Of a DNA stretch of 64,000 bases, positions 26,491 to 37,783 are shown in pieces. The DNA is from Veleropilina oligotropha (Eukaryota), in contig JBEUKZ010000130.1 in the NCBI GenBank assembly GCA_048128005.1, positions 1 through 64,000 on the forward strand. The letters are read 5' to 3'. The notes under the pieces were generated by a model. That model was not told the origin of the DNA. It made no database searches and saw nothing but the letters and a program-made list of their open reading frames with translations. Position 1 is the stretch's first letter. Each line of letters starts with the position of its first letter. The position numbers and the translations under genes were made by a program.

Positions 26491-28179
26491 CTATCGTGGA
26501 AACAACTAGCCTCGTGCACACAAGGCCACTGCGCACTTCGGATTAGCCTCATCCGAGAGAGCATGGTAAAGTTGTACTCCAACAACGTTAGAGCCTGCTA
26601 TAGTTCCTAATACCAGACTCTAACGGCTGAGCTGAAATTTCTCACCGCAGAATAATCTCAAGGTGAAAATCACGTCCCGTCCCGAAAAATGCTAAATTTC
26701 AATAAAGTAACTACAGTTTATCACTTACTTGCATCGATATATGTTCCTTTATATCAAATTTCATCACATGCTGCCCCAATTTTGTTACCTTAACACCGAA
26801 AAGCTACTTTGGAACACAAAACGAACGGTTTTAACTTTCACAATGTAAACAGAAGACGGTCGCTATTTTGGGACGTTAGCGTGACGTTTTCATTAAATCC
26901 ACCAATCAAAATAGAGGTCGCCACCGAGCTGGAAAATACCGTCAAAAAGTTTGACGCTTACACATTGACAAATAATGCTGTTTTATCATACATTATGACA
27001 ACAAAATCAATAAAAACTAACAGGTATGTGTATATTCATGCATATTTATACAATTTATGTATTTACTGTTTGTTTCACTGTATGTTTAATAAGTAATTTG
27101 ATCCAAAACCGTTCCCGACGGATTTCGTCGGGAACCTGCTCGTCATAAATGGTGCTTGGGAGATATGAGGTAGGGTTGGGAAGGCACGTCAACCCGGTCT
27201 CATATGTTATAGGAGTAGGTAAAGTTGTTACTAAAAATTTGTGACCGATAGATGGCGCTTGTTTTATAAATGGCGACTACTCCCATGACAGTGGCATGGG
27301 AAGCAATTTTTGATTGGGGGGGGGGGGGGGGGGGGGAGACAGAAAAAGGGCACTTTGCATAATAACTAATTTTAAATAAAGGTAATTTTCAACCATACAT
27401 GTATGTATGATTGCTGTGGGGATTGAGGATATAAATAGAAATATGAAGGGAGTCAAATTATGCTATCAATGGTCCACGTGGATGCAAATTTTGACACTTA
27501 ACCTTGTGAAACCGCCTCTCCTGTATTCTGACATCGCTAATTAATGTTCTATTTCTTACCAACATCTTTGAATCATTTTCACCACTCGGTAAAAGTTTTC
27601 AATTTGAAAGATAGGCCAAAGACATTTTTGAAATATAATACACAGCTGTATATACGACCAGGGACTACAACACTGAGGGGGACATGATGGTCAACAGGGC
27701 TATATGCGTTCGAATTATACTTCGTCGAATTATACTAACATTGGCCATGTCATGGGACCCCGTTCCTCGGGGAAGAATGTTTTGACAAATAACCGTGCGA
27801 AACACCTCCTATATTCTGATGATTTAAATGTGATCTTTCTTAACAACATTTACAAATCATTCCATCATTTCATAGAAGAAATTTTTGACAATTAACTGTG
27901 CTAAACACCCTCTCCTGTATTCTTATGATGTAAATGTGATATTTATTAACAATATTTATGAATCATTTCACCACTTCATAAAAGTGAAGTATGTAATAAC
28001 CTCATGTCCAGTCTGCGGTACAATAATTATACTCCCTTGAATGGTGACTGCCGGTAGATACAGATATCTCAAGGATATTGTACGTGTGATAAAAGCTATG
28101 AACTCAGATATAAGTCTTCTGTCTATGGGCATCAGTAAAATATTGGGGGGGGGAGGGTGAAATACCTCCCTTATTTTAT

Positions 28180-29308
28180 AAAAATCGCATGCAATTGCAT
28201 AAAGCGGGCATGGTTGAACGAGAGCAGATTTTGCTCGAGAATGGATTTTGATCTAAAATGGACAGAAAAAAACAATTCTGGAGATGATGCATGCATAAAA
28301 ACTATGAAGTCGGATACTAGTCCGTCCATCCATCTGTCTGTATGGACGACGTGAACACGATATCAGGAAAACCATACCAGCTAGGTTGCTATTGAATTTC
28401 AGATTATTCTGCCGAATATTTGCACAGTTATCACCCTTTTTCGACAAAATTTCCGTTTTGGACGAAGTGAACACGATATCAGGAAAACCGTACGAGCTAG
28501 GAAATTCAAATTTTTATGCAGGTTTATTGGTACATAAACTAGGTTGCTATTGAATTTCAGATTATTCCGCCAAATATTTGCACAGTTATCCCCCTTTTTA
28601 GAATTTTTTTCCATTTTGGACGACGTGAACAGGATATCAGGAAAATCGTACCAGCTAAGGAATTCAAATTTGGTATGCAGGTTTATTGGGACATAAACTA
28701 GGTTGCTATTGAATTTCAGATTATTCCGCCAATATTTCCACAGTTATCCCCCTTTTTCGACAAAATATTTGTTTTGGACGACGTGAACAGGATATCAGAA
28801 AAACCATAATAGCTAGGGAATTCAAATTTGGTATGCAGGTTCATTGGGACATAAACTAGGTTGCTATTGAATATCAGATTATTCTGCCAAATATTTGCAC
28901 AGTTATCCCCCTTTTTCGACAAACTTTCCTTTTCGGATGACGTGAACATGATATAAGGAAAACCGTAACAGCTAGGGAATTCAAATTTGGTATGCAGGTT
29001 TATTGGGACATAAACTAGGTTGCTATTGAATTCCTCCGAGTATTTGCACCGTTATCCCTCTTTTTCGACATAACTTTTCCTTTTCCGACATAAATATTTA
29101 GTTTCCGTCAATTATCTTCATAACCTCGTATCAGATATTGTTCGCATCTTGTGACTGTGTTGAAAATAAAACACGGGTCATGTTAAATTTTGCTAAAATT
29201 ACACCAAGTATGTGCACAGTTATTCCCCTTTATCAACTTAAACATATACACTCCATCAATTACGACAAACCCGATGGGATAATGTGTGGCTCCCACACTT
29301 CTTGTTAT
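28180..29308. mobile_element. HINE-like element with ~158-bp internal tandem repeats (5' limit approximate)
   Basis: GTCC/ATCC/GTCT microsatellite at ~28320; GGACGACGTGAAA-like unit at ~28344, 28461, 28618, 28776, 28935; ends ...CTTGTT. Confidence 0.6.
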
Positions 29309-29939
29309 AATTTATTGTTTCCTTAATTATTTTTGCCAAATTTCTTCATGAGGTGAGTACATTATATAACAATGTTCAATTTTCACACAGGCCAAAATGT
29401 ACTTTCCAGATACACACCTTGTCTGGGCTAGATCTTGGGTCCTATCATGCCAGCATGATTTCCTGTGATATGCTATCTGCCTTTAACATGCCATTGTGCA
29501 AGGAGGCGTAATTTTCTGAAAATGACCTTTGCCCTTGCCGTAATGACCTTTGACCTACTAAAATTCTTATCATCTTCATAGGTTCCCGTGCCTTGAACGT
29601 GAAGAGTGTAAATATTCAGGACATTTGCATAAATCTATTCATGTCATCAAATATATTTACACTCTCCAAGTTTGGAACTTTCCAAACTTCATGAGGGTCT
29701 CAATATGGAGTGATTTCTCTTACATGGGGAGACATATAGGCCAATATATGTTATCCTAAATGATGAAGTGCTGCAGCCTTAGGGGTGAATACAAGAACTT
29801 TACAGAAAAAGTATCTCCATTATCTCCTTGTTGAAAAACAACAATGATCTCATAAATATATGTGGTCACTAAGAAGTAATGTAACGTTAAAGTGACCATT
29901 ACTCGTAAATTCGTGACTGTGTAGCATGACGGAAGACCT

Positions 29940-31145
29940 CGATCGCACGATTCGCGCAGATTGATTCAATTTTCACTCTAATATGATCAGAAGATAGATT
30001 TTTATTGAAATTATTATTGTAACTAGGCAATATATATTATTGTCAACTATAAACCCATCTTACTTGACGAGTATAAACCTACGCAACTTTGCTCCAGCTT
30101 GGTCAATTGGAAATGTCCCTCGGTGCGAGGTTGTTAAAAGCGGATCACTTTCAATTATTTCTTCATCTTCAGTAGCGATTAATTTAAACGGTAGAAAAAT
30201 ACTGACGGAAGTTGAATGTTAAAAAAAATTATATTATAAATGAAAATTGTAATGCGGTTTTCTTTTCAAAGAAGGACAATCAAAATTTTACTGAAATTCG
30301 ACAACAATGTGAAATTTGCATTGTACGGAAGCGTATTTAGGACACCATTTATATGTACTAAATTTGGCAAAATTTTCAGCTTATTGCCATGAATTATCTC
30401 ACAAAACAATGCAATCTATTAATGCTGTTTTAATACTGTACATGCATATATGTAAAGAAATAATGTTTGTTGTGTTCTTCACTGATAGACGTGACATTAT
30501 TTGTTCAGTTATGAATCACAGTAGTCTGTAACTGCATGATCGAAGAGGGTGGATTTACCCAAGCGATATTATAATGTTAAAAATGGCCCTTCTTTAAACA
30601 AGATGATTGCAACAGATAATTTATTAGAAAAACTTCGGCCTATAGAATAACATCTATTAAGTCTAAAATAATATAATAGAAAGAAATATTAGTAAAATTT
30701 GATTAAATATCTCAATGTAATTTTTCTCCTATTTTTGCAAATTGGTGACGTTTCATGGGTCAAAATGATATCTCGTGATGTTTAAAGAGACTTGCCCGTA
30801 AATGCGCTCTTTCGCATGAGTTGTCTCTGGCATGAGTTGTTCTGACTCCCTCTATCGCCCGGTTCGTGCAGATTGATACAAATTTCATGAAGATATGGTC
30901 GATATATGATCAAATGATACACTTTTATTGAAATTATTATTGTAACTGGGCAATATATGTTATTGTCAAGTAGAAAGCTATCTTACTTGACGAGCAGAAA
31001 CCAACGCAACTGTGCTCCAACTAGGTCAATTGGAAATGAACTTTGTGCGAGGTAATTAAACGCGGACCGCGTTTTATTATTTTTAAATATTCAGTAGCGA
31101 TTAATTAAACTGTAGTAAATTACTGACGAAAGTTGAGTGTTGAAA
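29940..31145. repeat. Two diverged direct copies of a ~280-bp dispersed repeat (~29945-30225 and ~30855-31145)
   Basis: Shared TTTTTATTGAAATTATTATTGTAACT...TCTTACTTGACGAG...CAGTAGCGATTAATT. Confidence 0.7.
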
Positions 31146-31596
31146 ATTCCTAACTTTTTATGTTATAAACAAAAAGTGTTAACAGTAATGCTGTTAGTTT
31201 TCTTTTTAAAAAAGAAAGAGCGCATTTACAGGCAATAGTCTCTTTAATGATTATTTGGTTACTGATAGAGGGCACGGAGAATGTGGACATGCCCTGCCTT
31301 GAATCCGATGGTTGTAAACATACAGGATATTAAGCATCAATCCATCCATCTATGATATCTAAACTTGGTAAATCTGTTAAAAATGTTTCGGTAGACAATC
31401 ATCTTTTAAAATATCCAGGTTATGCCTATGTCACAAATACATCGTAAGCGGATACGGCGCCCATACGATGTGTGTTTTTGAGGATGTCGTATGGTCATCG
31501 GTGACATCCTACGGACATCGGTGACTTTTTCGCCGATTTGGGGGGCATTGTAGGATCATCAGCAACTTTTAGCGCAGAGTTATAATATGTAGTTAC

Positions 31597-31804
31597 AAAC
31601 ATACTTACGTCCTTACTCTTGCCATAATAGTAATATTATTGCTAACCGGAAACAGTGAATAAGTCACATTATGCACTATTAATAAGTCAAAAACGTACCA
31701 CGGTTACCTCCCCTGCTCCCCCTCTCCTACGTTCCCCCGCGAGACCCCGCCAAGTCTCGCGAGACTTCTGAACCATAGAAGTCACAAGACCTCAATTCAA
31801 AGTT
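31597..31804 (+). repeat. DIRS copy 1 left inverted terminal repeat
   Basis: Reverse complement of 38768-38975. Confidence 0.95.
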
Positions 31805-32565
31805 TTCCGCTGCCGCGGAAAGACGTTGTTTTGCTCCGCAAATATTTCGAAATAGGCGCCCGATTTCACGTTAAATCAGGGCGCAGTATTATACTTATAT
31901 AGAATATAAGTAGTGGAATATAACCCTGTGTTGTGGATACAAGACACAAGTGAATATAAGAAGAGTGATTCTCAAAACTTCGAGGAGTTCTGGACATCAA
32001 AGTGAAACCGACATCGTCGTCAAGGACGCCGTGGCTGTTAAAAATGGCCGCTTAGAGGGAAAGTTTCGTGTGTAGCTGAAATTTCTGGTCGGTATATTTA
32101 TCTGATATTGTTTGAGACTGCAAACAGGTAACTCATTATATTGGATAATTCCTTAACAACGCTATTTGCTGGTTATTTATTATATAAAAAATTTCTAGCG
32201 TTGTTAAAAGGCAGGATCTTTTGATATCACGCTTGCGTTTTTTCTGATATCCTGCCGTTGCTGGGATAATACGCCATTGTACTAACATAAAAACATCCAC
32301 GAGGTTTTCAGGTGTTTTTCTGGGCGGTTTTTTCGAGGAAAGAACCACCGTTTGTTTTAGTCAATTTGCCGGGTTACCGGGTCGGTCGGGTAAAATACCC
32401 GACCTCGGTGTTCCCAGTTCGGGGTTTTATTTGCGGTATATCGCTTGATCTTTGATCTTCAGATCAGGGCAATTCTGTGAGTTGTCGTAGTAAAGTCACA
32501 ACTACCATACATATACCTATTTACCTACCCCGTCTACCCATGTCCACCCTCCCGTGTATTTAGCT

Positions 32566-34815
32566 ATGGTCCGGTGCAGTAGCTCCGGGTGTAACCAGAA
32601 AATTCACGGATTTGATAGGCACAAGGAATGTCGTATTCACCGTAGCTGTAGTATACAACATCAATGTGATCTGTGCTTTCTTCTATCAGATAAGCAGTGG
32701 GCAGTTCTGTCTCACCAGGGTAAGTCGACCAGGGCGGCTGCCACGGTGGGTCCTCCCCCGGAGAAGGGTCAGGAAGAGACCGGTAAGTTACCTAATGTTT
32801 CTTCATTGTCTGCTTCAGGGACGCTGGACGACAGCCGACACAAGGGGACGTCTGTCGCCGGATCCACCGGCGAAACCTCCGCGACTCTTCGGGGAGTCAC
32901 CGAAACCTTGCCGGTACCCCAGATTCAGGTAAAGACCCGAGTGTCGACCGTTCCTCCTCAACCGGGCCTAGTAACTGCAGTCAGCCATACCTTGCCGGCT
33001 AGCAAGGTATACATGACAGCGCAGCGAACAGCTGAACAGGGCAGACCATCCCCATCCTATTCTTCGGCCTCGAAGAATAAGGGGACAGTTAGTCCTTCTG
33101 CGGGAAACTCTCCGTCTAGCGACGGGGACAGACCCAATGCAGAGAAAGCCTTTAAAGAGGCCGGGCACCTACTTGTAGGTCTAAGACTCGGACAATTGGC
33201 GACGCCTGAATCCTCGCTCGAGAACGACGCGACTTCCCCTAGGGGTTTTCCGCTCAACCTCGAGGCTCACGAGACGTTCAGAGGGCCCGGTCTCTCCCGT
33301 GCACCCACCGTGGTCACGCTAGAGGACGTGGACAGACCGGCTGCGTTCGGGACGGGGTTCTACGGCGGTTTTCCGTCCGTGCCTCGCTCGAACAGAGTGG
33401 TAGACCGATCAGAACTGTTGCCGCAGTCCTATCGGTCGTCCGGCCCACTGACTGTGCCTTCGGGCCAGTCCTTCGGGTTCGACCCCTCGACAAGTGCCCG
33501 TGGACCCTGGTCCTCGGTACCACCTGTCCGTGCAGCCCGTCTACCTAGCGCCACGGTTTCCTCGGCTGAAATACCGGCTGTTAGTTCAACGCCCGTCCTG
33601 CCTCCGGGTTTCTCTTTTGAGGACGTCCAGGCATGGATCGCGGCGGGGATCGAGGAACGGTGTAAGGCCTGGCCGACGGCTCCCGAGCCGCGCCCGGTAC
33701 CTACACATCTGCCCATGGCGCAGAGCACGGCTCCTGCCTCAGTGATGGACATCGACCCTCGTTCCAACGAGGACCTCGGTTCCAATCACACCGACCTCCC
33801 TGAATCGGTCGGGCCCGAAGACATTAGTCTTACAGGCACGCAGGAGCCGACCTCCTCCACCCGCCGAAGGCTCGACGCCGTTGCGTCACTTCGCGGGGTG
33901 CTTGGCTTGTCGGAACCGACTCGGTCGGCTGTAGACGTAGCCAAGCATAGGACGGCAGCACATCGGTTTGTTGGTAGGGAAGCCCCCGAGCTCCCCTCCT
34001 TACCTCAGTCCGGGCTGGTGGATCTGGTTGTAGACTCGATCACCAAGCTCGTTCAGGGGCGCAATCCGGTGGAGTCCTCCCCGCTGAACGAGTTCCCTTC
34101 GGGGTTCCGTAGTGGGAGGTACCTCCGGGCCAGTACTCGAGCGATCCCGTTCGAATGCACTGGTCCGTGCCTGGCGACTGAGCCGGCTCGTGTGGACGCT
34201 TCGTTGCGTCGACTGACCGCCAGTCACACTCCCTCCGTAGCGAAAGTTCCTTGGTCCGCCTTGGAAGCTTTCGAGAGCGCCGCCCGACGGGCTCTACGGC
34301 TATCGTCTGTTCAGGACTTTTTCTTGGACGGCGCGATAGCCGTACTACAGGAGGATGGACCCGGCGCCCCCGAGGCTGCCCTGTCCTTCCTCCAGGAGGT
34401 TGCTGCCGCGCAGGAGACCAGCGCGTTGGAGACGGGACGTGTCCTGGGCAATGCCCTCCTACTTCGTAGGGATGCTTGCCTGGAAGGTACCTCGCTGGAC
34501 GAGCCCACCCGGCGCTCGTTGCGATGTGTACCTTGCTCGGCCACCACTCTCTTTGGTGACAACTTTTCGGAGTTCGTTGACAAGAGAGCGGCGGACATGA
34601 AGGACCGTGCCATCGAGAAGGCAGTACTGCACCCCACTCGGGGTCCACCTACCGACTCGAGGAAGCGCTCAGGGCCCACCCGGGCCCCGAAGCCTTCTAA
34701 GCGTGCGAAGCCCTCTTCGGGTGGTAGGCCTCCGGCCAATAAACCCACTCCAAAGAGGCAAGCACCTCCAGCAAAATCCCGCAAGCAGAGCGGGAGAGGG
34801 AAGCCTCGGCCCTAG
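32566..34815 (+). CDS. DIRS ORF1 gag-like protein with N-terminal Cys/His cluster
   Basis: MVRCSSSGC...DRHKECRIH...CDLC; LLRRDACL and LFG motifs typical of DIRS gag; homologous to copy 2. Confidence 0.85.
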   Translation: MVRCSSSGCNQKIHGFDRHKECRIHRSCSIQHQCDLCFLLSDKQWAVLSHQGKSTRAAATVGPPPEKGQEETGKLPNVSSLSASGTLDDSRHKGTSVAGSTGETSATLRGVTETLPVPQIQVKTRVSTVPPQPGLVTAVSHTLPASKVYMTAQRTAEQGRPSPSYSSASKNKGTVSPSAGNSPSSDGDRPNAEKAFKEAGHLLVGLRLGQLATPESSLENDATSPRGFPLNLEAHETFRGPGLSRAPTVVTLEDVDRPAAFGTGFYGGFPSVPRSNRVVDRSELLPQSYRSSGPLTVPSGQSFGFDPSTSARGPWSSVPPVRAARLPSATVSSAEIPAVSSTPVLPPGFSFEDVQAWIAAGIEERCKAWPTAPEPRPVPTHLPMAQSTAPASVMDIDPRSNEDLGSNHTDLPESVGPEDISLTGTQEPTSSTRRRLDAVASLRGVLGLSEPTRSAVDVAKHRTAAHRFVGREAPELPSLPQSGLVDLVVDSITKLVQGRNPVESSPLNEFPSGFRSGRYLRASTRAIPFECTGPCLATEPARVDASLRRLTASHTPSVAKVPWSALEAFESAARRALRLSSVQDFFLDGAIAVLQEDGPGAPEAALSFLQEVAAAQETSALETGRVLGNALLLRRDACLEGTSLDEPTRRSLRCVPCSATTLFGDNFSEFVDKRAADMKDRAIEKAVLHPTRGPPTDSRKRSGPTRAPKPSKRAKPSSGGRPPANKPTPKRQAPPAKSRKQSGRGKPRP

Positions 34816-37783
34816 GGCTGCCGGCATTCGCGACGGCCCCAGTTGCCCGCTTCCGCCGGTGGGAGCGTGCCTGTTAGCACACAGCCAGTCGTGGCTAGAG
34901 CTGACAGACAGCAACTGGGTCCACTTAGTCGTGAGTGCCGGATACAAGTTGGCATTCAACCGGCATCCGACCTTAACCGAGGCACCACCAACAAGACACG
35001 CTCGCCTCCTAAACGGAGAGAAACAAGCGGTCTTAGACCAGGCAGTGCGGGATTTGCTCCTAAAAAGAGCGATATATCCCGCGCCGCCCAGCACACCAGG
35101 ATTTTACAGCCATTTCTTCCTGGTCCCGAAACCCGATGGCCGCTGGAGACCGATCCTCGATCTCTCGTATCTAAACAGATATCTTCGTACCGAGAAATTC
35201 CAGCAAGAAACCCTCTCGAAGATTCGAGCGGCCATCCGTCCGGGCGACTGGGCAGCGTCTATCGATCTGGCCGACGCGTATCTGCATGTCCCGATGCATA
35301 TCACGGCTCATCAGTACCTTCGGTTTATACACGGGGAGACGATCTACCAATTCAGGTGCCTACCGTTCGGTCTATCGCCAGCCCCGTACGTCTTCACGAG
35401 AACAGTACAGGCCCTAGGGGCCTTCCTACACTCTCTAGGGCACAGGGTACATATGTACCTCGACGACTGGCTGATCCTCGGGGCGTCCCGAGATCTGTGC
35501 CTCCGGTCTACGAGCTTTACCCTGTCATCGACGAAGCGCCTGGGATTTCAGATCAACGAGACAAAATCCTGCTTCGTACCCTCGACGACGTTTACGTTCC
35601 TCGGAGTCGACTTCGATACGGTCCGGTACACCGCGAAGCCGACCCAGAAGCGTATGCGGAACCTACGCGCGGTTATCCAAGACACCCTGTCATCGGACAT
35701 AACTACGGCGCGACAACTGGCCACTGTCCTGGGGCACATCGAGTCGGTAGCGCCCCTGCTACCGACGGGTCGCATGGACAAAAGACCATTACAACAGGCG
35801 TTCAGGGATCGCTGGATACAACGGACGGGGCAGTGGACGGATCGCATCGATCTACGGCATTGGTTTACCGACACGACAGCAGTGTGGTTGAACCCCGCTT
35901 TGCCGGACCAGTCGGTTCCTATATCCCCACCAGAGCCGAACGCTTACCTGTTCACAGACGCTTCGAACGACGGCTGGGGTGGTCACCTCGACAGTTACGA
36001 GACATCAGGCCTATGGCCGACAGACCTTCAGGGACGACATATCAACTTCCTAGAGTTAGAAGCCGTCTTCCTGTCAGTACGGTCCCTCTCGTTACATCTC
36101 CGCAACAAGCACATAATGCTCGCCACGGACAACACGACTGTCGTCGCTTACATACAGCACCAGGGCGGCACTCGCTCGCGTCCCCTATGCGACCGAGCAA
36201 TAGACCTACACCGCTTAGTGATGTCCCTCAACTCGACGATTCGAGCCCGACACATCCCGGGAAAGCTGAATGTCAGAGCGGATTCGCTCTCTCGGAAATC
36301 ACAGATTATACACACAGAGTGGACGCTACACAGCCGAGTAGCTCGGGACGTTTGTCGCCGGTGGTCACAACCCCAAGTCGATTTGTTTGCAACAGAATTC
36401 AATTACCGACTACCTCTGTATGTCTCCCCGTACCCAGACCCGGCCGCCCTAGCGGTCGACGCACTGTCAATGACATGGGAGAATCTGTCCGCGTATGCCT
36501 TCCCCCCGACGTGCATTCTATCACTGGTATTACAGAAGGCAGCGACCGAACATTGCGAGATAACGCTAATAGCGCCCCTGTATCGCAACCTTGGTCGATC
36601 TGATCGTCGATCGACCGTTAGCGTTACCGCAGAAACTAGACCTGTTAATGCAGCCACGCACCCGTGTACTCCACGAGTCGCCGAACCACTTACGTTTACA
36701 CGCCTGGCGGTTATCGAACGATCCCTTGCTAAGAAAGGATTTTCTAAAGCTACAGCCTTACGTATCTACCGATCGAGAAGGCTTTCCACGACAAAAGTCT
36801 ATGACTACCGATGGGTTAAGTACGTGGATTGGTGTCACAGCAGGCAGGTCAATATACTCCGTCCCCCTGTGAACAAGTTTATCGAGTTTTTATCGTCGCT
36901 CTTCGACCGCGGTATGTCAGTGTCCGCCGTCAAAGGCTATCGGGCAACGATCGCGACCACGCTAAAGCAGTGTCGTGCCCATGCTGGCCTATCAAGCGAC
37001 CGAACGATATCAGATTTTATACGATCTTACGAACTCGAGATACCGACCCGGAAAATCAAGCCACCTGCTTGGAATATCGTACTTATTCTTAACGCATTAC
37101 TCTTACCCCCGTATGAGCCGATGTCCGAGATAACCATGAGGAACTTGACGCACAAAACGGTTTTTCTGATCGCCTTAGCGTCGGGCAGGCGTTGTTCCGA
37201 GATTCATGCTTTCTCCTCCGAGCTAAGAGATATACGATTCCAGTCAGACGGGTCGGTGATACTGCGTCCTATTCTGGGCTTTCTAGCCAAGAACCAACGG
37301 CCGAACGAGGACGCACCCGATGTTGTTATCCCCAAGCTAACGCTAGTCGGAAGGCGCGACACAGACCGCTTCAATTGCCCGGTCCGGGCGCTTCGGTTCT
37401 ACCTAGACAGAACCCGTGATTTGCGGCAGGGAAAATTCCGTTTATTCATATCGTATTTGCCCACCTACACCCGCGACATTACGAGGACTACTGTTTCGCG
37501 GTGGATTTCACAGACAGTGAGAGATGTATACATCCGCTGTGACAACGAAGACCGCACTATTTTATCGGTCCGCGCTCACGAGGTCCGGGCTATTGCTGCT
37601 TCTGTTGCCTTCCGACATAGTTTGAATATCACTGCGTTACTTCAAGCAGGTTATTGGAAACACGCTAATGTGTTTGTTAAACATTATCTGCGGGACTACT
37701 CAACAGGTGCTGATGGTTTGAGCAGTTTACAGTGTGTTGCTGCACAAAGATGCATTGTTAGACCGAGGTCATCTAACCAGTAA
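34607..37783 (+). CDS. DIRS reverse transcriptase-RNase H-partial methyltransferase-like, fused in this copy to the tyrosine recombinase
   Basis: IDLADAY, LPFGL, YLDDW (RT); TDAS, HINFLELEA, TDN (RNase H); DLFA and YAFPP (MT-like); GRRCSEI, AHEVR, FVKHY (YR catalytic R...HxxR...Y). Confidence 0.9.
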   Translation: MPSRRQYCTPLGVHLPTRGSAQGPPGPRSLLSVRSPLRVVGLRPINPLQRGKHLQQNPASRAGEGSLGPRAAGIRDGPSCPLPPVGACLLAHSQSWLELTDSNWVHLVVSAGYKLAFNRHPTLTEAPPTRHARLLNGEKQAVLDQAVRDLLLKRAIYPAPPSTPGFYSHFFLVPKPDGRWRPILDLSYLNRYLRTEKFQQETLSKIRAAIRPGDWAASIDLADAYLHVPMHITAHQYLRFIHGETIYQFRCLPFGLSPAPYVFTRTVQALGAFLHSLGHRVHMYLDDWLILGASRDLCLRSTSFTLSSTKRLGFQINETKSCFVPSTTFTFLGVDFDTVRYTAKPTQKRMRNLRAVIQDTLSSDITTARQLATVLGHIESVAPLLPTGRMDKRPLQQAFRDRWIQRTGQWTDRIDLRHWFTDTTAVWLNPALPDQSVPISPPEPNAYLFTDASNDGWGGHLDSYETSGLWPTDLQGRHINFLELEAVFLSVRSLSLHLRNKHIMLATDNTTVVAYIQHQGGTRSRPLCDRAIDLHRLVMSLNSTIRARHIPGKLNVRADSLSRKSQIIHTEWTLHSRVARDVCRRWSQPQVDLFATEFNYRLPLYVSPYPDPAALAVDALSMTWENLSAYAFPPTCILSLVLQKAATEHCEITLIAPLYRNLGRSDRRSTVSVTAETRPVNAATHPCTPRVAEPLTFTRLAVIERSLAKKGFSKATALRIYRSRRLSTTKVYDYRWVKYVDWCHSRQVNILRPPVNKFIEFLSSLFDRGMSVSAVKGYRATIATTLKQCRAHAGLSSDRTISDFIRSYELEIPTRKIKPPAWNIVLILNALLLPPYEPMSEITMRNLTHKTVFLIALASGRRCSEIHAFSSELRDIRFQSDGSVILRPILGFLAKNQRPNEDAPDVVIPKLTLVGRRDTDRFNCPVRALRFYLDRTRDLRQGKFRLFISYLPTYTRDITRTTVSRWISQTVRDVYIRCDNEDRTILSVRAHEVRAIAASVAFRHSLNITALLQAGYWKHANVFVKHYLRDYSTGADGLSSLQCVAAQRCIVRPRSSNQ
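34816..36603 (+). CDS. Long overlapping frame, interpreted as the N-terminal extension of the YR ORF truncated by a deletion
   Basis: Stop-free from the gag TAG to 36603 in the gag frame; restoring 17 nt at ~36587 makes it contiguous with YR, as in copy 2. Confidence 0.65.
   Translation, partial: GCRHSRRPQLPASAGGSVPVSTQPVVARADRQQLGPLSRECRIQVGIQPASDLNRGTTNKTRSPPKRRETSGLRPGSAGFAPKKSDISRAAQHTRILQPFLPGPETRWPLETDPRSLVSKQISSYREIPARNPLEDSSGHPSGRLGSVYRSGRRVSACPDAYHGSSVPSVYTRGDDLPIQVPTVRSIASPVRLHENSTGPRGLPTLSRAQGTYVPRRLADPRGVPRSVPPVYELYPVIDEAPGISDQRDKILLRTLDDVYVPRSRLRYGPVHREADPEAYAEPTRGYPRHPVIGHNYGATTGHCPGAHRVGSAPATDGSHGQKTITTGVQGSLDTTDGAVDGSHRSTALVYRHDSSVVEPRFAGPVGSYIPTRAERLPVHRRFERRLGWSPRQLRDIRPMADRPSGTTYQLPRVRSRLPVSTVPLVTSPQQAHNARHGQHDCRRLHTAPGRHSLASPMRPSNRPTPLSDVPQLDDSSPTHPGKAECQSGFALSEITDYTHRVDATQPSSSGRLSPVVTTPSRFVCNRIQLPTTSVCLPVPRPGRPSGRRTVNDMGESVRVCLPPDVHSITGITEGSDRTLRDNANSAPVSQPWSI

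Noticed and set aside
26900..27030. Possible first exon of a divergent gene (CCAAT and a CAG|GTATGT donor)
   Set aside because: No supporting ORF or downstream exon is identifiable
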